This document shows, in pieces, positions 1-10,961 of a stretch of 64,000 nucleotides of DNA (its first letter is position 1; every line of letters begins with the position of its first letter). The stretch is from the NCBI GenBank assembly GCA_965219995.1, contig CBDCOX010000002.1, forward strand, positions 1,760,001 to 1,824,000. Direction: 5' to 3'. The notes below the pieces were generated by a model. That model was not told the origin of the DNA, ran no database searches, and saw nothing but the letters and a program-made list of their open reading frames with translations. The translations under genes were made by a program, and so were the position numbers. This DNA comes from Candidatus Latescibacterota bacterium (lineage in GTDB: Bacteria; Latescibacterota; UBA2968; GCA-2709665).

Positions 1-948
1 CACGGAACAGCGCCCGAGATGAAACAATGCCTTCGGCGACCGGTATCGGCGATGCGCGATCAGGAATTCCCGCTCCGCCGTCCGGTAGTCCTTTTGCTTG
101 TAGTGGGTCAGACCCAGTTCCAGCTGCGCGCGACCCAGCCATGCGGCATCACGCGACTCCCTGACGATCTGGCGAAGCGTCCGGACGGCCTCGCGAAACC
201 GTCCGTGGCCTGAATATGCGACAGCCGCGTAATACTGTTCCTGCACCGATCGCAATTGCCCGATCGAATCCAGTGCGACGACCGCCTCGCGCGACCCCGG
301 GTGATCCCGCACGAGGCGCAGCCGAACCCGCCTGGCATCCGCCGAATCTCCCGCGGCCTCCAACGCGCCCGCAAGGCCCGTGAGCGCCCTCACCGCGTGA
401 CGGCTCGCGTCCGGCAGTCGCCGATACATCCCGGCTGCTTCCCGCGCCTGTCGCGCCTGCAGATAAAGGTCCGCCGACTGGATCGCCGCTTCTTCAAACA
501 GCGGACCCGACGGCCGCCTTTCTACGGCCCGCGCAAGATACACCCGTGCGCTATCGGGCCGCCCGAGCCCCCGGTAGCACTCGGCCTGCCAGAAATCCAG
601 GTAATCGAGAAGCCCCTCATGCGCGTTCTTTGCAGCGCGGAATCCGGCAAGCGCATCGTCGAATCGTCCAAGCTCCTTCAAACAAAGGGCACGCTGAAGT
701 CCCGCCCTGCGAATCGCCCAATCGTCCATTCCGGCCTGATCCATACGGGACAGAACATGCAGCGCGTTCCGGAACGCTCCACGTGAGATCAGGGTCTCGG
801 CACGCGCCAGCCGGTCCTGGCGTTCCCCTCTTGCCAGATGCCCGGGAAACGCCAGGACAGCCGACACCGCAAACGCCACGGTCACTCCGGCACGGCAACC
901 CGCGCTCAGCCTGAACCGGACCAGGGCATTCTTGGACTTGGAATTCAT
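1..948 (-). CDS. TPR-repeat exported protein, 5' part (runs off left edge); possibly N-terminal TPR region of a soluble lytic transglycosylase
   Basis: Manual translation from ATG 948 (MNSKSKNALVRFRLSAGCRAGVTVAFAVSAVLAFPG...). Hydrophobic N-terminus, then TPR-like helices (LLDYLDFWQAECYRGLGRPDSA; AQLELGLTHYKQKDYRTAEREF; KALFHLGRC) in the same frame to base 1. Absent from the ORF track because no stop lies in the window. Confidence 0.7.
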   Translation of the reverse strand, partial: MNSKSKNALVRFRLSAGCRAGVTVAFAVSAVLAFPGHLARGERQDRLARAETLISRGAFRNALHVLSRMDQAGMDDWAIRRAGLQRALCLKELGRFDDALAGFRAAKNAHEGLLDYLDFWQAECYRGLGRPDSARVYLARAVERRPSGPLFEEAAIQSADLYLQARQAREAAGMYRRLPDASRHAVRALTGLAGALEAAGDSADARRVRLRLVRDHPGSREAVVALDSIGQLRSVQEQYYAAVAYSGHGRFREAVRTLRQIVRESRDAAWLGRAQLELGLTHYKQKDYRTAEREFLIAHRRYRSPKALFHLGRCSV

Positions 949-1046
949 GGCGGGTGGACAACGGATGCCATCTCAGGCGCGGACGCGGCAATCGTCGATG
1001 CGAGCGCCTGAGGGCGCTTTATCGCCCGTGTTTCCTGATGACGTCG

Positions 1047-2519
1047 CTATTGGAATAACGCCCGGAAATCCTCAATGACGGCCAGAATGCCGAAGCAGGT
1101 GAACACAAGGCCGCAGAGGATGTTCAGCGTGACGAGGAACGAACCCATTCTGAGCGGTCGGGGAAGGTACTTCCGGTCGACCCATACCATCGCAAAGCAC
1201 CATGGTCCGGCCAGCAGCACTCCTGTAACGTGGAGCGGAATCGTCATCATCGAAATCGGGTTCCAACCCACGCCACGGGGATCCTGTGACGCCGTCCACC
1301 AGGCGTAGATCACGAGTCCGATCGCCGCAATGCCGGAGTAGAGGAGCGTCCACAGGCGCATCCTGTCCAGGGGGAGACTCCGCCATTTCACGGACACGGA
1401 CCGAACACATTCGTGTGACGTCCGTACGTAAAGTTCGAATGCACCGTAGACCGTGCCGAAGATTGCGAAGAATACACCGGCCTTGTAGAGGGCCGACAGC
1501 AGGTTCTGCGCCGTTTTGCTGGGATGCAGCTGCGTGAGGAAGACCACCTGATAGTTGTAGAGGTCCATTCCCGACGGGACGATCCGGTTGGGTTGCAACA
1601 GCGTTGCACCGAGGATGAGAAACGTCGCGGTGAACACGAGCACACTGCCGAACGAAACCGTACAGTCGATAAGGGGTGCCTTCAGCCACCTCAGCCCAAG
1701 CCGGACATTCTTCTCGTCTTCGGCGAGGGCCGGCCTCCGGCTTCCGCCCGACACCCGGCCGATCATCCCCCAGGCCTTCTCTCTCATCATGCCCACGTAT
1801 CCCACGTAGTCCTGCACGCCGCCGCCCATTACGCCCATGTACGCGACCATTTCCACGATCAGCGTTCGATCGGCGAACGCAGGGTTCGCCTTGACCCACT
1901 GCGGATAATCGGGCAGTGAAGGCATCGTCGCGCCTGCGAGTACCGCAAGCCAGTCCGGATTCACCGCAAAGGTCGCGATAATCATTACCACCAGCATCGC
2001 GCCGACGAGCATCAGCTGTATACGCTCCAGAAACCCGTAACTCTGCATCAGGGTCAGCGCGGCAAGCAGAACGATGAACAGTATCGCAATGGCGTGCGGG
2101 TACAACCCCGGATTGCCGAACAGCACCCACGACGTGATGGTGCCGAGCATGATGGGCAGACTCGCGAGATAGAACGGGAATGCCACCATGACGACCGAAC
2201 CGATGATCCCCGGAAACAGCCCGCGAGGACCGGGCAATGCCGCCCACCGTTCCATCGGGTGTTCGCCCGTGAGCGTCATATAGCGCGCCGCGGTAGAGAC
2301 CTGCACACCCTTCGTGAGGCAGAACAGGCTGAATGCCCAGAACATCGCATACCCGAAGATCGCACCGCTGCGCGAAGCCCACACCGTTTCGCCGCTGCCG
2401 ATGGTCACCGACGCGATGACGGCGCCCGGTCCGAAGAATTTCAGGAAATCCGTCACCCGCCGTGAGCGCAGTTCGGGGGCCAATTCCGGAAAACGCTGTT
2501 TTTGTTCTTCAGGATTCAC
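1047..2519 (-). CDS. NRAMP/MntH-family-like (APC superfamily) membrane transporter
   Basis: FFGPGAVIASVTIGSGETVW...GAIFGY N-terminal motif and ~11 hydrophobic segments. GTG start at 2519 preceded by GGAGG. Confidence 0.75.
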   Translation of the reverse strand: MNPEEQKQRFPELAPELRSRRVTDFLKFFGPGAVIASVTIGSGETVWASRSGAIFGYAMFWAFSLFCLTKGVQVSTAARYMTLTGEHPMERWAALPGPRGLFPGIIGSVVMVAFPFYLASLPIMLGTITSWVLFGNPGLYPHAIAILFIVLLAALTLMQSYGFLERIQLMLVGAMLVVMIIATFAVNPDWLAVLAGATMPSLPDYPQWVKANPAFADRTLIVEMVAYMGVMGGGVQDYVGYVGMMREKAWGMIGRVSGGSRRPALAEDEKNVRLGLRWLKAPLIDCTVSFGSVLVFTATFLILGATLLQPNRIVPSGMDLYNYQVVFLTQLHPSKTAQNLLSALYKAGVFFAIFGTVYGAFELYVRTSHECVRSVSVKWRSLPLDRMRLWTLLYSGIAAIGLVIYAWWTASQDPRGVGWNPISMMTIPLHVTGVLLAGPWCFAMVWVDRKYLPRPLRMGSFLVTLNILCGLVFTCFGILAVIEDFRALFQ

Positions 2520-2568
2520 GAAGTCCCTCCTGCGGGCCGGCGGAGCCATTGAACGCAGCGAAAAGAGA

Positions 2569-3534
2569 TCACCTGACCGCGAACGGATTTCCCGGCGACC
2601 CGGTGGCGCCCTTCAGCCGCAATGGCGCAAATACGAACGCGAATTCGTAAACGCCGTCTGCCGCCAGCCCGTCGAGATCGAGATTCTCCAGGATATAGAC
2701 GCCGCTGCGCTGTATCAGCAACTCGTGGACCCTGAACGCACCTTCCTGGTCTTCCCCGGGCACGGCCTCGACCGCCCACGTATCCGCGCCTACCATGACG
2801 ATCTTCCTTTCGAGCAGCCACCGCGCGGCTTCCAGTCCAATGCCCGGCTGACCCGAATTGTAGGTCTCATTGTCGACCATCCATAGTTTTCCGTGGCCGG
2901 TCCGGATCAGTACGACGTCCCCTTCGGTGACCGCGACGGCCTGCTTCTTCAGGGCCCCTTCGATGTCCGCCGCGGTAATCACATATCCCACTTCCAACCG
3001 CTCCAGGCCCTTGTAGCCGACCACGTCCACCAGAACACCGCGGGTAAAGAACACCCCTACGTTCTCAACGCCCAGTTTCTCCAGTCCGTAAGCCGACCCG
3101 ACCTCCGACCGCGTAAACCCATTGTAGAAGATATCCTGATTGCCCTTGCGCGTGCCGATATGGCCCAATCCATCGAACTGCGTTCCCACCTGTCCGATCT
3201 CGCCGCTGAACATTTCGTCGTACCAGATCAGCTGATTTTCTCCGACCGGCCCTCCCGTTGGCGAACCGGGAATGGTCAGACTGTAGTGCCGATTCCCGAA
3301 AAGCGGAATGCCGGGCTCGTACACCCGGCCGAGTTGATAGGTCTTGCCGGCCCGGATCAAACTCGCCGCAGACAAGACCTTTTCCGGGGTCAGGCGGTTC
3401 ATCGCGCCTCTCTGATCGCCTTCACCCCATTCCGAGGGCCACCACTTGTCTCCATCCGTGCCTTGCTGCGCCACGGCCGGAGTCATCGCGATCAGGCAAC
3501 CGACGAACAAGGCACACCAATATCGATTTCGCAT
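2569..3534 (-). CDS. Cyclase family (kynurenine formamidase-like) metal-dependent hydrolase with signal peptide
   Basis: QVGTQFDGLGH, GDVVLIRTG, GADTWAVE, VHELLI..GVYILENLDL and GATGSPGNPFA motifs; N-terminal signal peptide. Confidence 0.85.
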   Translation of the reverse strand: MRNRYWCALFVGCLIAMTPAVAQQGTDGDKWWPSEWGEGDQRGAMNRLTPEKVLSAASLIRAGKTYQLGRVYEPGIPLFGNRHYSLTIPGSPTGGPVGENQLIWYDEMFSGEIGQVGTQFDGLGHIGTRKGNQDIFYNGFTRSEVGSAYGLEKLGVENVGVFFTRGVLVDVVGYKGLERLEVGYVITAADIEGALKKQAVAVTEGDVVLIRTGHGKLWMVDNETYNSGQPGIGLEAARWLLERKIVMVGADTWAVEAVPGEDQEGAFRVHELLIQRSGVYILENLDLDGLAADGVYEFAFVFAPLRLKGATGSPGNPFAVR

Positions 3535-3756
3535 TTCCGCCTCCTTGAGGGCGTAGGGTTGACACGGTATCGGCGCACACCGTGATTATGATAATACGCC
3601 CAATGACCAAAGGCAAGGGCGGAATGCGAAGTTTGACCCGACGGACAGAAGCCTGTTGCGCCCGGAACATGCGCATGGTATCTTGGACGCTGTCCTCGAC
3701 ACCGCCCCCGACGCACGGCGCCGACCCCGTCATCTTCGTCATTTCAGGGCGTACCC

Positions 3757-4776
3757 ATGAAGACCGAAATTCTCGGCCGAACCGGCCTGGAAATCCCGAT
3801 TGTGGGTCTCGGTACCGGCTTTATCGGCATCGCGGATCCCAACCGCGCGGCGGTGGAATACGATTTCATGGATGCGTGGACCGCTGACGGCCCGAAACCC
3901 TCGGGTGACGTCGCCGGCCGGTCCAGCCATATGGACGTCGAGCTGGGAATTGCAACGGTGCACGCGGCGATCGAAGCGGGCTCCACGCTGATCGATACCG
4001 CCCCGCTGTACGGCTCCGGAAACAGCGAGTCCATCATCGGCGAGGCCCTCAGGCAGCGACCCGACCTGGCAAAGCGGTGCACCGTCACCACAAAAGTGGG
4101 GCAGACGGCCGACGGCCGGGACTATTCATACGACGCAGTCATGCGGCAGGTCGAGGAGAGCCGGCGCCGGCTCGGAATCGACGGTTTCGACGTTCTCTAC
4201 ATCCACGATGCCATGGAGATTCCCGTCGAGGAAGTCATGGGCGGGAGCAGTGCCCTTGGCGCACTTCGAAAGCTTCAGGATGCGGGCGTCACACGCTTTA
4301 TCGGCACTGCCGCCAACGACCCCGGCACCAACGCCTGGTACCTCGAAACGGGGGAATTCGATGCCGCGGTCGTTCCTGATGCGCTCAGCCTGATCAATCA
4401 GCTTGCCGGCGAGCGCATCCTGCCCGCCGCGATCAGGCACAACGTGGGTCTCGTGGCTGCCACGCCGGTCGAACGGGGACTGCTCGCGACGGGTCCCGTG
4501 AAAGGCATCAATTACCTGGCCCGGAATTTCAGCCGGTCATGCGTGGATCACGTCTCGAAAATCCAGACTCTTTGCGCCAGACACGGGGTACCCATGGTTG
4601 CGGCAGCCCTTCAGTGGTGCACCCGCCATCCCCAGGTGGCCGCCACCATACCCGGCGCCCGCGTCCCGGCCGAGGCCCGTGCGAACGCCGATGCCGGAGC
4701 CGCTGAAATACCCGAAGCATTCTGGATGGAACTCGCCCCGCTCGTGCGCCACTTTGAAGTGGTCGTGGACCGATAA
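3757..4776 (+). CDS. Aldo/keto reductase
   Basis: LGRTGLEIPIVGLGT, IDTAPLYGSGNSE, VTTKVG and SRRRLGIDGFDVLYIHD motifs. Confidence 0.9.
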   Translation: MKTEILGRTGLEIPIVGLGTGFIGIADPNRAAVEYDFMDAWTADGPKPSGDVAGRSSHMDVELGIATVHAAIEAGSTLIDTAPLYGSGNSESIIGEALRQRPDLAKRCTVTTKVGQTADGRDYSYDAVMRQVEESRRRLGIDGFDVLYIHDAMEIPVEEVMGGSSALGALRKLQDAGVTRFIGTAANDPGTNAWYLETGEFDAAVVPDALSLINQLAGERILPAAIRHNVGLVAATPVERGLLATGPVKGINYLARNFSRSCVDHVSKIQTLCARHGVPMVAAALQWCTRHPQVAATIPGARVPAEARANADAGAAEIPEAFWMELAPLVRHFEVVVDR

Positions 4777-4798
4777 AAAAGCCGCGGATGTTCAGTTT

Positions 4799-5689
4799 AT
4801 GGCCCTGAACCTGACCCTTCTGGGAACAGGAACCCCCACCCCCCTCGACCACCGCGCGGGCTCCGGCTACCTCGTCACGTTCGACGAGGAGGTCCTGCTG
4901 TTCGACTGCGGCCCGGGCGTCGCGCGACGCCTCCTCGAAGCGGCCGTCCCGCCCGAGGCGCTGACGCGTCTCTTTCTGACCCATCTCCACTACGACCACT
5001 GCGTGGACTACGCGTGTATCGTACTCACCCGATGGGACCAGGGCGCGGGCAAGATCCCCGACCTCGACGTGTACGGTCCGGCGCCGTTGATTCGCATGAC
5101 GGAGAGTCTCTTCGGGCCCGACGGCGCCTTCGGGCCGGATCTCGATGCAAGAACACAGCACCCCGGCAGCGAGTTCGTCTACGAACGGAGGGGCGGAATC
5201 CTGCCCCGGCAACGGCCCTGCCCCACCGTCACCGAAGTGGCGGACGGCTCGTGCATTCAGGTCGGGAACTGGCGTGTCTATACCGCCGAAGTCATCCATG
5301 TCCAACCGCAGCTCACGTGCCTGGCCTACCGGCTGGACACCCCCTACGGGACCGTCGTCTTCGGCGGCGACACGGCGCCGACCCCCCGGCTAACGGAACT
5401 GGCGAGAGGCGCGGACGTTCTCATTCACATGTGCCACCTGATCAACGACGTCGAACGGGACCCGCGCATCACAAGCTGCTGCTCCGGCCACCTCGACGCC
5501 GCCCGGACCGCCTCGGAAGCGGGAGTCGGCACACTGATTCTGACCCACGTTACGGAACAGTTGGAGCCGCCCGGCGTCCGGGAGCGCCTCGTGGCCGAAG
5601 CCGCGCGCATCTTCAACGGCCACGTCGTTTTCGCGGAAGATCTCACGGAAGTGCCCGTCGGTCCCATCGATCCGGAACCCATCCGATAG
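4799..5689 (+). CDS. MBL-fold metallo-hydrolase (RNase Z/arylsulfatase AtsA-like)
   Basis: LTLLGTGTP, LFDCGPG, THLHYDH, GGDT and LILTH motifs; ATG at 4799. Confidence 0.88.
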   Translation: MALNLTLLGTGTPTPLDHRAGSGYLVTFDEEVLLFDCGPGVARRLLEAAVPPEALTRLFLTHLHYDHCVDYACIVLTRWDQGAGKIPDLDVYGPAPLIRMTESLFGPDGAFGPDLDARTQHPGSEFVYERRGGILPRQRPCPTVTEVADGSCIQVGNWRVYTAEVIHVQPQLTCLAYRLDTPYGTVVFGGDTAPTPRLTELARGADVLIHMCHLINDVERDPRITSCCSGHLDAARTASEAGVGTLILTHVTEQLEPPGVRERLVAEAARIFNGHVVFAEDLTEVPVGPIDPEPIR

Positions 5690-5765
5690 CCGGCGCCGGG
5701 CGCGCCCGGGTCGCTACACGGTTTTACGTCATCAGACTTCCGACCCACACTCCAGGAGCTTCAAG

Positions 5766-7130
5766 GTGAAAGCCCTCATCCTGGCCGCCGGTAAAGGCGA
5801 ACGATTCTACCCGTTCAACCACTACCGGCCCAAACCCATGTTTCCCATTTGCAACCGGCCGCTGATCGAGTGGACCGTTGAACGCGTCGTGGACGCGGGC
5901 TTCACGGACGTCGGCATCGTCGTGGGCCACCGGCAGGGAAGGATACGCAGCCATTTTTCGGACGGCAGCCGATTCGGATGCGGGATCACGTACATCGAAC
6001 AGCCGGAGCAACTCGGGACGGCCAATGCCGTATGCGCCGCGGCAGAGTTTATCGGCAGGAGCGACTATCTGATTGTCTACGGCGACCTCTTCTTCGAACC
6101 GAAGGTCCTTTCGCAGCTACGGGATGCGTTCGCCGACCGCTCCGTGGCCGCGGTACACCAGAGCGATCAGCTCAGCCGGCGCATTCGCGTGGAAACCGAC
6201 GACCGCGAGAACGTCGTTGGCTACACCTGGAAGCCCCGTTCGTCCGCCGGCACGGCGCTGTCCGGCCTGTTCATGTTCAGGAACGACGCGCTGCAGGACC
6301 TTGCGAATACATCGGACTTCATAACCCGAGTGCAAAACGGCGTCACGCCGCCCGAGGGCCACGATATCGCCGATGCCCTGCCGGTCATGCACCGGGAAGG
6401 CCGGCCCGCCGCCGCCGTCCGATCCGACGGCGTCTGCTTCGATATGGACCTGCCCTGGGAACCCCTCGCGGTCTGTCGACTGGCTGCGCGGGAAATGGCC
6501 CGGGAACTGCCGGACACCCGGATCGCCGAAACGGCGCGAGTGGACGTCAACGCGCACGTCGACGGCCCGGTATTCGTGGACGAAGGCGCGACCATCTCAT
6601 CCGGGGTCCGTATCAGCGGGCCCGTCTGGATCGGCAGAAACACGCACGTTTTCGAGGGCTCCCAGATTGCCTCCGGCACGGTCATTGGGGACGACTGCCG
6701 GATCGGCCCGTTCGCGAAGGTTTCCGGCATTGTGGACCGCAACAACCACATCACGTTTCTCGGAGAATTCAGCGGCGTCATCCTGGCGGGCGGGCGGATC
6801 ACCCACCAGATGCAGATTGCGGGCATCTACGGCGAAGGCGCGGAGTTCGGCGCCGGCACCCAGGTTGGAACGCTCAGATTCGACGATGGCCCCACGCAGG
6901 TGGAAGTGAAGGGCATCCGCCGTCCCGCCCCCGGTTTCTCCGGCGCACTCTTCGGCGACTATGCTCGCACGGGCGTGGGGACCATCCTCATGCCGGGCCG
7001 CATCGTCGGCCCCGGCGCGATGGTCGGTCCCGGCGTGGTTCTGATGAAAAACGTGCCGCCTCACAAAGCCGTGATCCTGAAGCAGGAGCACGAGGAAATC
7101 GATTGGGGGCCGGAGATTTACGATCACTGA
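5766..7130 (+). CDS. Bifunctional sugar-1-phosphate nucleotidyltransferase/acetyltransferase (GlmU-like, C-terminal left-handed beta-helix)
   Basis: ILAAGKGERFYP...PKPM, EQPEQLGTANA and YGDL motifs; hexapeptide repeats in the C-terminal half. Confidence 0.85.
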   Translation: MKALILAAGKGERFYPFNHYRPKPMFPICNRPLIEWTVERVVDAGFTDVGIVVGHRQGRIRSHFSDGSRFGCGITYIEQPEQLGTANAVCAAAEFIGRSDYLIVYGDLFFEPKVLSQLRDAFADRSVAAVHQSDQLSRRIRVETDDRENVVGYTWKPRSSAGTALSGLFMFRNDALQDLANTSDFITRVQNGVTPPEGHDIADALPVMHREGRPAAAVRSDGVCFDMDLPWEPLAVCRLAAREMARELPDTRIAETARVDVNAHVDGPVFVDEGATISSGVRISGPVWIGRNTHVFEGSQIASGTVIGDDCRIGPFAKVSGIVDRNNHITFLGEFSGVILAGGRITHQMQIAGIYGEGAEFGAGTQVGTLRFDDGPTQVEVKGIRRPAPGFSGALFGDYARTGVGTILMPGRIVGPGAMVGPGVVLMKNVPPHKAVILKQEHEEIDWGPEIYDH

Positions 7131-7155
7131 ACCAGTGTCCAGGACAGGAGTGTCG

Positions 7156-8903
7156 ATGCTGCGGGACCGGATCGAGGCCGAGATTCACCGGCGCGCGGAT
7201 GGTTACAGACACCAGACCCATCTGATTGCCGATTATTACAGGGTTCGCCGAAAAATCGCCTACCCGCTTCCGATCCGTAAGATAGTGCTACCTGGACTGC
7301 CCATCCCCGGCATCGCCGCTTACCCGTGGGCTATCTGGATGACGTGGAGCCTGGAAGAGCGAATGCTCAGCCTCGGGTGGGCGTCGTCGTGGTTCAGAGA
7401 CGAAGAGGCGCGCCGGCTGGCCGTTGCCGACCTGGACGCCCTGGCCGAATGGCCGTGCTACCGCCAGCTTCCGATGCCCGACCTGAGTTCCGGTCACGCG
7501 CTGCGCATGCTCTGGCTGGCCTACACCCGGTGGGACTGGCTGCCCGGATGCCTGCTGGAAAAGATCGAACGTGCGTTTCACCGCCACATCGAAGACACGC
7601 TTCCATTGTCCGATGCCAGGCACGGCGCCTTCAAAAGCAAGGAAGACATCCTGGCCCTGGACGAACCCCACACCGTGCTGCACAACATCCCGTTCATCGG
7701 CACGGTTGGCCTTGCCCTTGCCGCAAACGGGATTTCCCATCCCGCCGCCGAAACATTGAACCGGAGGCTGGAGGCGCTCCTTGGGGCGATCCTGGACCTG
7801 CGAACGAACGGCCATTCGGAAGGGATCGGTTACGACGGATACATTCTGGATTTCGCCGCCGACTGGCTCGGGACACTCTCCGCGCCAGGAAGGATGGCCC
7901 TGATGGGCCATCCGCGCTTCGACGACGTGATGGATGAATCCATCGCGCTCGGGGCGCCCGGGAATATTGCAAATATCGCCAGGTTGAGCGACGCGGAACC
8001 CGGGAGATGCCGTTCCACATATCCTGTCATGCCAAACACTACCGCTACCGGCCCTCGCCCCGTACCGGATGGTTCCTGAAACGCTGTCCCCTGCGGTGGC
8101 TGCGCGCCGATGCGCTCGCAGCGCTGCACGAGGTTGCGGATGAACTGAAATGCGAGCCGCCCGAAGCCGGGGCCATCGATGCCCACTATGCGGTCGTGCT
8201 CAGGAGCGGATGGGAGGCGGACGACCTGTCGGTGGCCATGGCGGCCAGCAACTCGAAGATGAGTCATATCCAGAACGACAACGGAACCATCGTCATCGGC
8301 GCCGCGGGCCGCTGGCCGGTATCGGACCCCGGCTACCAGCAGTACATGAAGAAAAGAGAGCGTGAATTCACACTGGGGCTGACGGCGCACAATGCGCCCG
8401 TCATCAATGGTGCGGCACAGACCGGGAAGCCGGCAGACCGCAGGGTCGCGCTGCGGCAGGGTGACGGAAACACGCCGATGGCCGAACTGGACCTTACGGC
8501 CTGTTATCCCGCGGAAGCGGGGTTGAAACGGGTCGTCCGAACGCTGTGGCTTTCGGAGAAGAACCTGGTCGTGCTCGCCGACCGCGTGCGAGGCGCCGCA
8601 GTCGAGTCGATCGCCTATCACTGGCACGGTCACCCGGACGCCGCCTGGTGGGTGGAGGGTGACATGGCCCGGCTCTACGCGCCCGACCTTACGATCTGGA
8701 TCGGCTCGCCCCAGGCCCGGATCACAGACCGAAACGTCGACCGCCTGCCCGGATCCAGGGGCCATCTCACGCTTGGCGCGAACGCCGACCCGTCCGCGCC
8801 ATTCGTCTGGTGGGTTTTCGCGACAGGCGATACGCGACCGTCCGTGTCACTGCACGAACAGGGAAGTGAGATCCGTGTCGACGGCCGCAGTTTTCAGGTA
8901 TGA
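7156..8903 (+). pseudogene. Heparinase II/III-like lyase split by a frameshift near 8000 (pseudogene or sequence error)
   Basis: ORF 7156-8079 (helical part, EGIGYDGY) continues in the -1 frame as ORF 8007-8903 (VLRSGW, SHIQNDNGTIVI, SDPGYQQY, TAHNAPVING). The join reads ...LSDAEP/EMPFH. Confidence 0.7.
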
Positions 8904-9026
8904 TGAATTTTTGCGCCCGATACAGATCGAGAACCGCCGTCCCGCTGGAAGATGCAACCCGCCGGACGCGTGAGATTTCAGGCCTGGCCCGGCTCCGTTT
9001 GGCGATGCGAGAGAAGGAACTCTTGA

Positions 9027-10958
9027 ATGAACGCTTCGAAGATTTGTGACGTTCCCTTCCTGGCGCCCTCCAATTCCACGGGGGAGCTCATACCCGACCC
9101 CAATCTCGGACGCCCTGTGCTCTACCAGTCCATGTTCTCCGCGGTGCCTGGCCGCCCGCCGGCGCTGGTACGCACCGACTTCGAGCGTCACGAGTACGCG
9201 TCCTTCGCCCAGCCTCGAGGCCGCGGGACCTGGAAGGCCCGGCTCCTGTCCGACAACAAGATCTGGTTCGGCATGAACGGCCCGGGGCAGCTCGCCTGTT
9301 TCAACCCGATCACCGAATCCTACGAGGACGTCCCGCCCCACAGCCCGTCGACGAAAAACTCCCATCTCACGGACGTCGTCGAAGGGCCGGACGGAAGGCT
9401 GTACATGCCGGGCTACCCTTCTGGCGACTGTGTGGTTTACGACCGCAGCACGGGCGAATACCGGGAAGTCGCCGTCGCGGAAAGCAACCATCAGCTCTTC
9501 GCCGCCTGTCTCACCGACGGCGGACACATCGGCATTCTCAACGGCCTCCAGCACGGCGTCTACGCCCTCGATCCACGCACGGATGAAGTCACCGTGACGT
9601 CGCCGCCGCACCTTACCGGCCGGCCGGACGCTTACAGCGGCTTCCTGCGCCTCGGCGATCAGTTCCTGGTCACCGTCGGCCATCCTGAAGGCGGCATCGA
9701 AATCTGTCGGTTTTCTGCGATGGACCTCAACTTTCTCGGTTCCTTCGTTGTCAGGACGGCGGTTACCTCCGGACGGAACCTGATGGCCTCGCCGGAAGGC
9801 CGCCTCTATATGAGCGTGGACGACGGGTACCTCTACGCCATCGACCTGAAAAGGGAGTGCGCAGAACTCGCCTGCCGCATCCCTCGTGTTCCCAGCCGCG
9901 GCAACTACTATCTCCTTGACGAGCATCGGGTCCTTTTCGCCGGCCACTCCCAGTATTACGGCCTCTGTGACATCCGGACCGGCGAACTCGATCTCCACCG
10001 GACGGAGATAGAGAATCCCCCCATCGGCATCTTTTCCATTCTGCCGACATCAACCGGCGATATCTACTGCTCGGCCCATCTGGGCCTTTCCCTCTCACGC
10101 GTGTACCCGGCTTCTGAACGGGCGGAGGTACTGGGGTTGACGTACAACGGGTCGGGCGAAATCTACGGCAGCGCCGAAGCCGGCGGCAACATCTACAGCA
10201 TCGCCTATACGCACAACGTGCTTACCGTATACGATCCGGTTCGACCCTGGCGCCCCGGCCCCGCCGCGAGCGACAATCCGCGGAATCTCGGCCCGATGGG
10301 AGACGAACAGTACCGACCCGTCACCGGCATTCTCAAAGGGCCGCGAAACAGACTCTACATCGGATCCATGCCGGACTACGGGGCGCGTGGCGGCGCGCTT
10401 ACCGTTGTGAATCCTTCCGATAACAGCCACAAGTCCTACCGCCACCTGGTCCCCGATCATTCCATTCTGGGCCTGGCCGCAGGCCCGGAACACGTCTATC
10501 TTGGCACCAGCGTTATCGCGGACGGCTATATCCGGCCGGCCGAAGGCAACGCGTGTTTCCTGATTTTCGATCCCGGCAGCGAAAACGTCCTTTACAAGCT
10601 GGAAATCGAGGGCGCCCGCAGCCTCATTACCATGGGCTGCGCCTCGGACCGCGTCTTTTTCTGGACCGACGACCACGCGGGCGGCAGTCGACTTTTCGCC
10701 TGCCGTCTTTCCGACCGCGTGGTCAGTGCCGTCAGCACCCCGTTCACCAGCGGCAGGCCCCACAACCGGCCCATGATTACGGGCACGGACGGCGATCTCT
10801 TCTTCACCCACGGAAACCGGATCGTTCGCCTCGATCCCAGGACCGAATCGCTCGCCATCGCCCACACCACGGACGCCGGCGATACGCCGATTCTGGCCGG
10901 AACCGGCGGCGGTATCCTGTTCTCGCAACGGCACGAACTCTGGCTGTTGACGTTATAA
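9027..10958 (+). CDS. Beta-propeller repeat protein (Vgb/NHL/YVTN-like), function unknown
   Basis: Repeated blade motifs (GPDGRLYMPGYP, SPEGRLYM, YIGSMPDYGARGGAL, VYDPVRPW...NPRNLG); no signal peptide. Confidence 0.65.
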   Translation: MNASKICDVPFLAPSNSTGELIPDPNLGRPVLYQSMFSAVPGRPPALVRTDFERHEYASFAQPRGRGTWKARLLSDNKIWFGMNGPGQLACFNPITESYEDVPPHSPSTKNSHLTDVVEGPDGRLYMPGYPSGDCVVYDRSTGEYREVAVAESNHQLFAACLTDGGHIGILNGLQHGVYALDPRTDEVTVTSPPHLTGRPDAYSGFLRLGDQFLVTVGHPEGGIEICRFSAMDLNFLGSFVVRTAVTSGRNLMASPEGRLYMSVDDGYLYAIDLKRECAELACRIPRVPSRGNYYLLDEHRVLFAGHSQYYGLCDIRTGELDLHRTEIENPPIGIFSILPTSTGDIYCSAHLGLSLSRVYPASERAEVLGLTYNGSGEIYGSAEAGGNIYSIAYTHNVLTVYDPVRPWRPGPAASDNPRNLGPMGDEQYRPVTGILKGPRNRLYIGSMPDYGARGGALTVVNPSDNSHKSYRHLVPDHSILGLAAGPEHVYLGTSVIADGYIRPAEGNACFLIFDPGSENVLYKLEIEGARSLITMGCASDRVFFWTDDHAGGSRLFACRLSDRVVSAVSTPFTSGRPHNRPMITGTDGDLFFTHGNRIVRLDPRTESLAIAHTTDAGDTPILAGTGGGILFSQRHELWLLTL

Positions 10959-10961
10959 CCG

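Noticed and set aside
7996-8007. Programmed -1 ribosomal frameshift at CCCGGGA
   Set aside because: Not a canonical X-XXY-YYZ slippery site in the required phase; a simple indel is more parsimonious.
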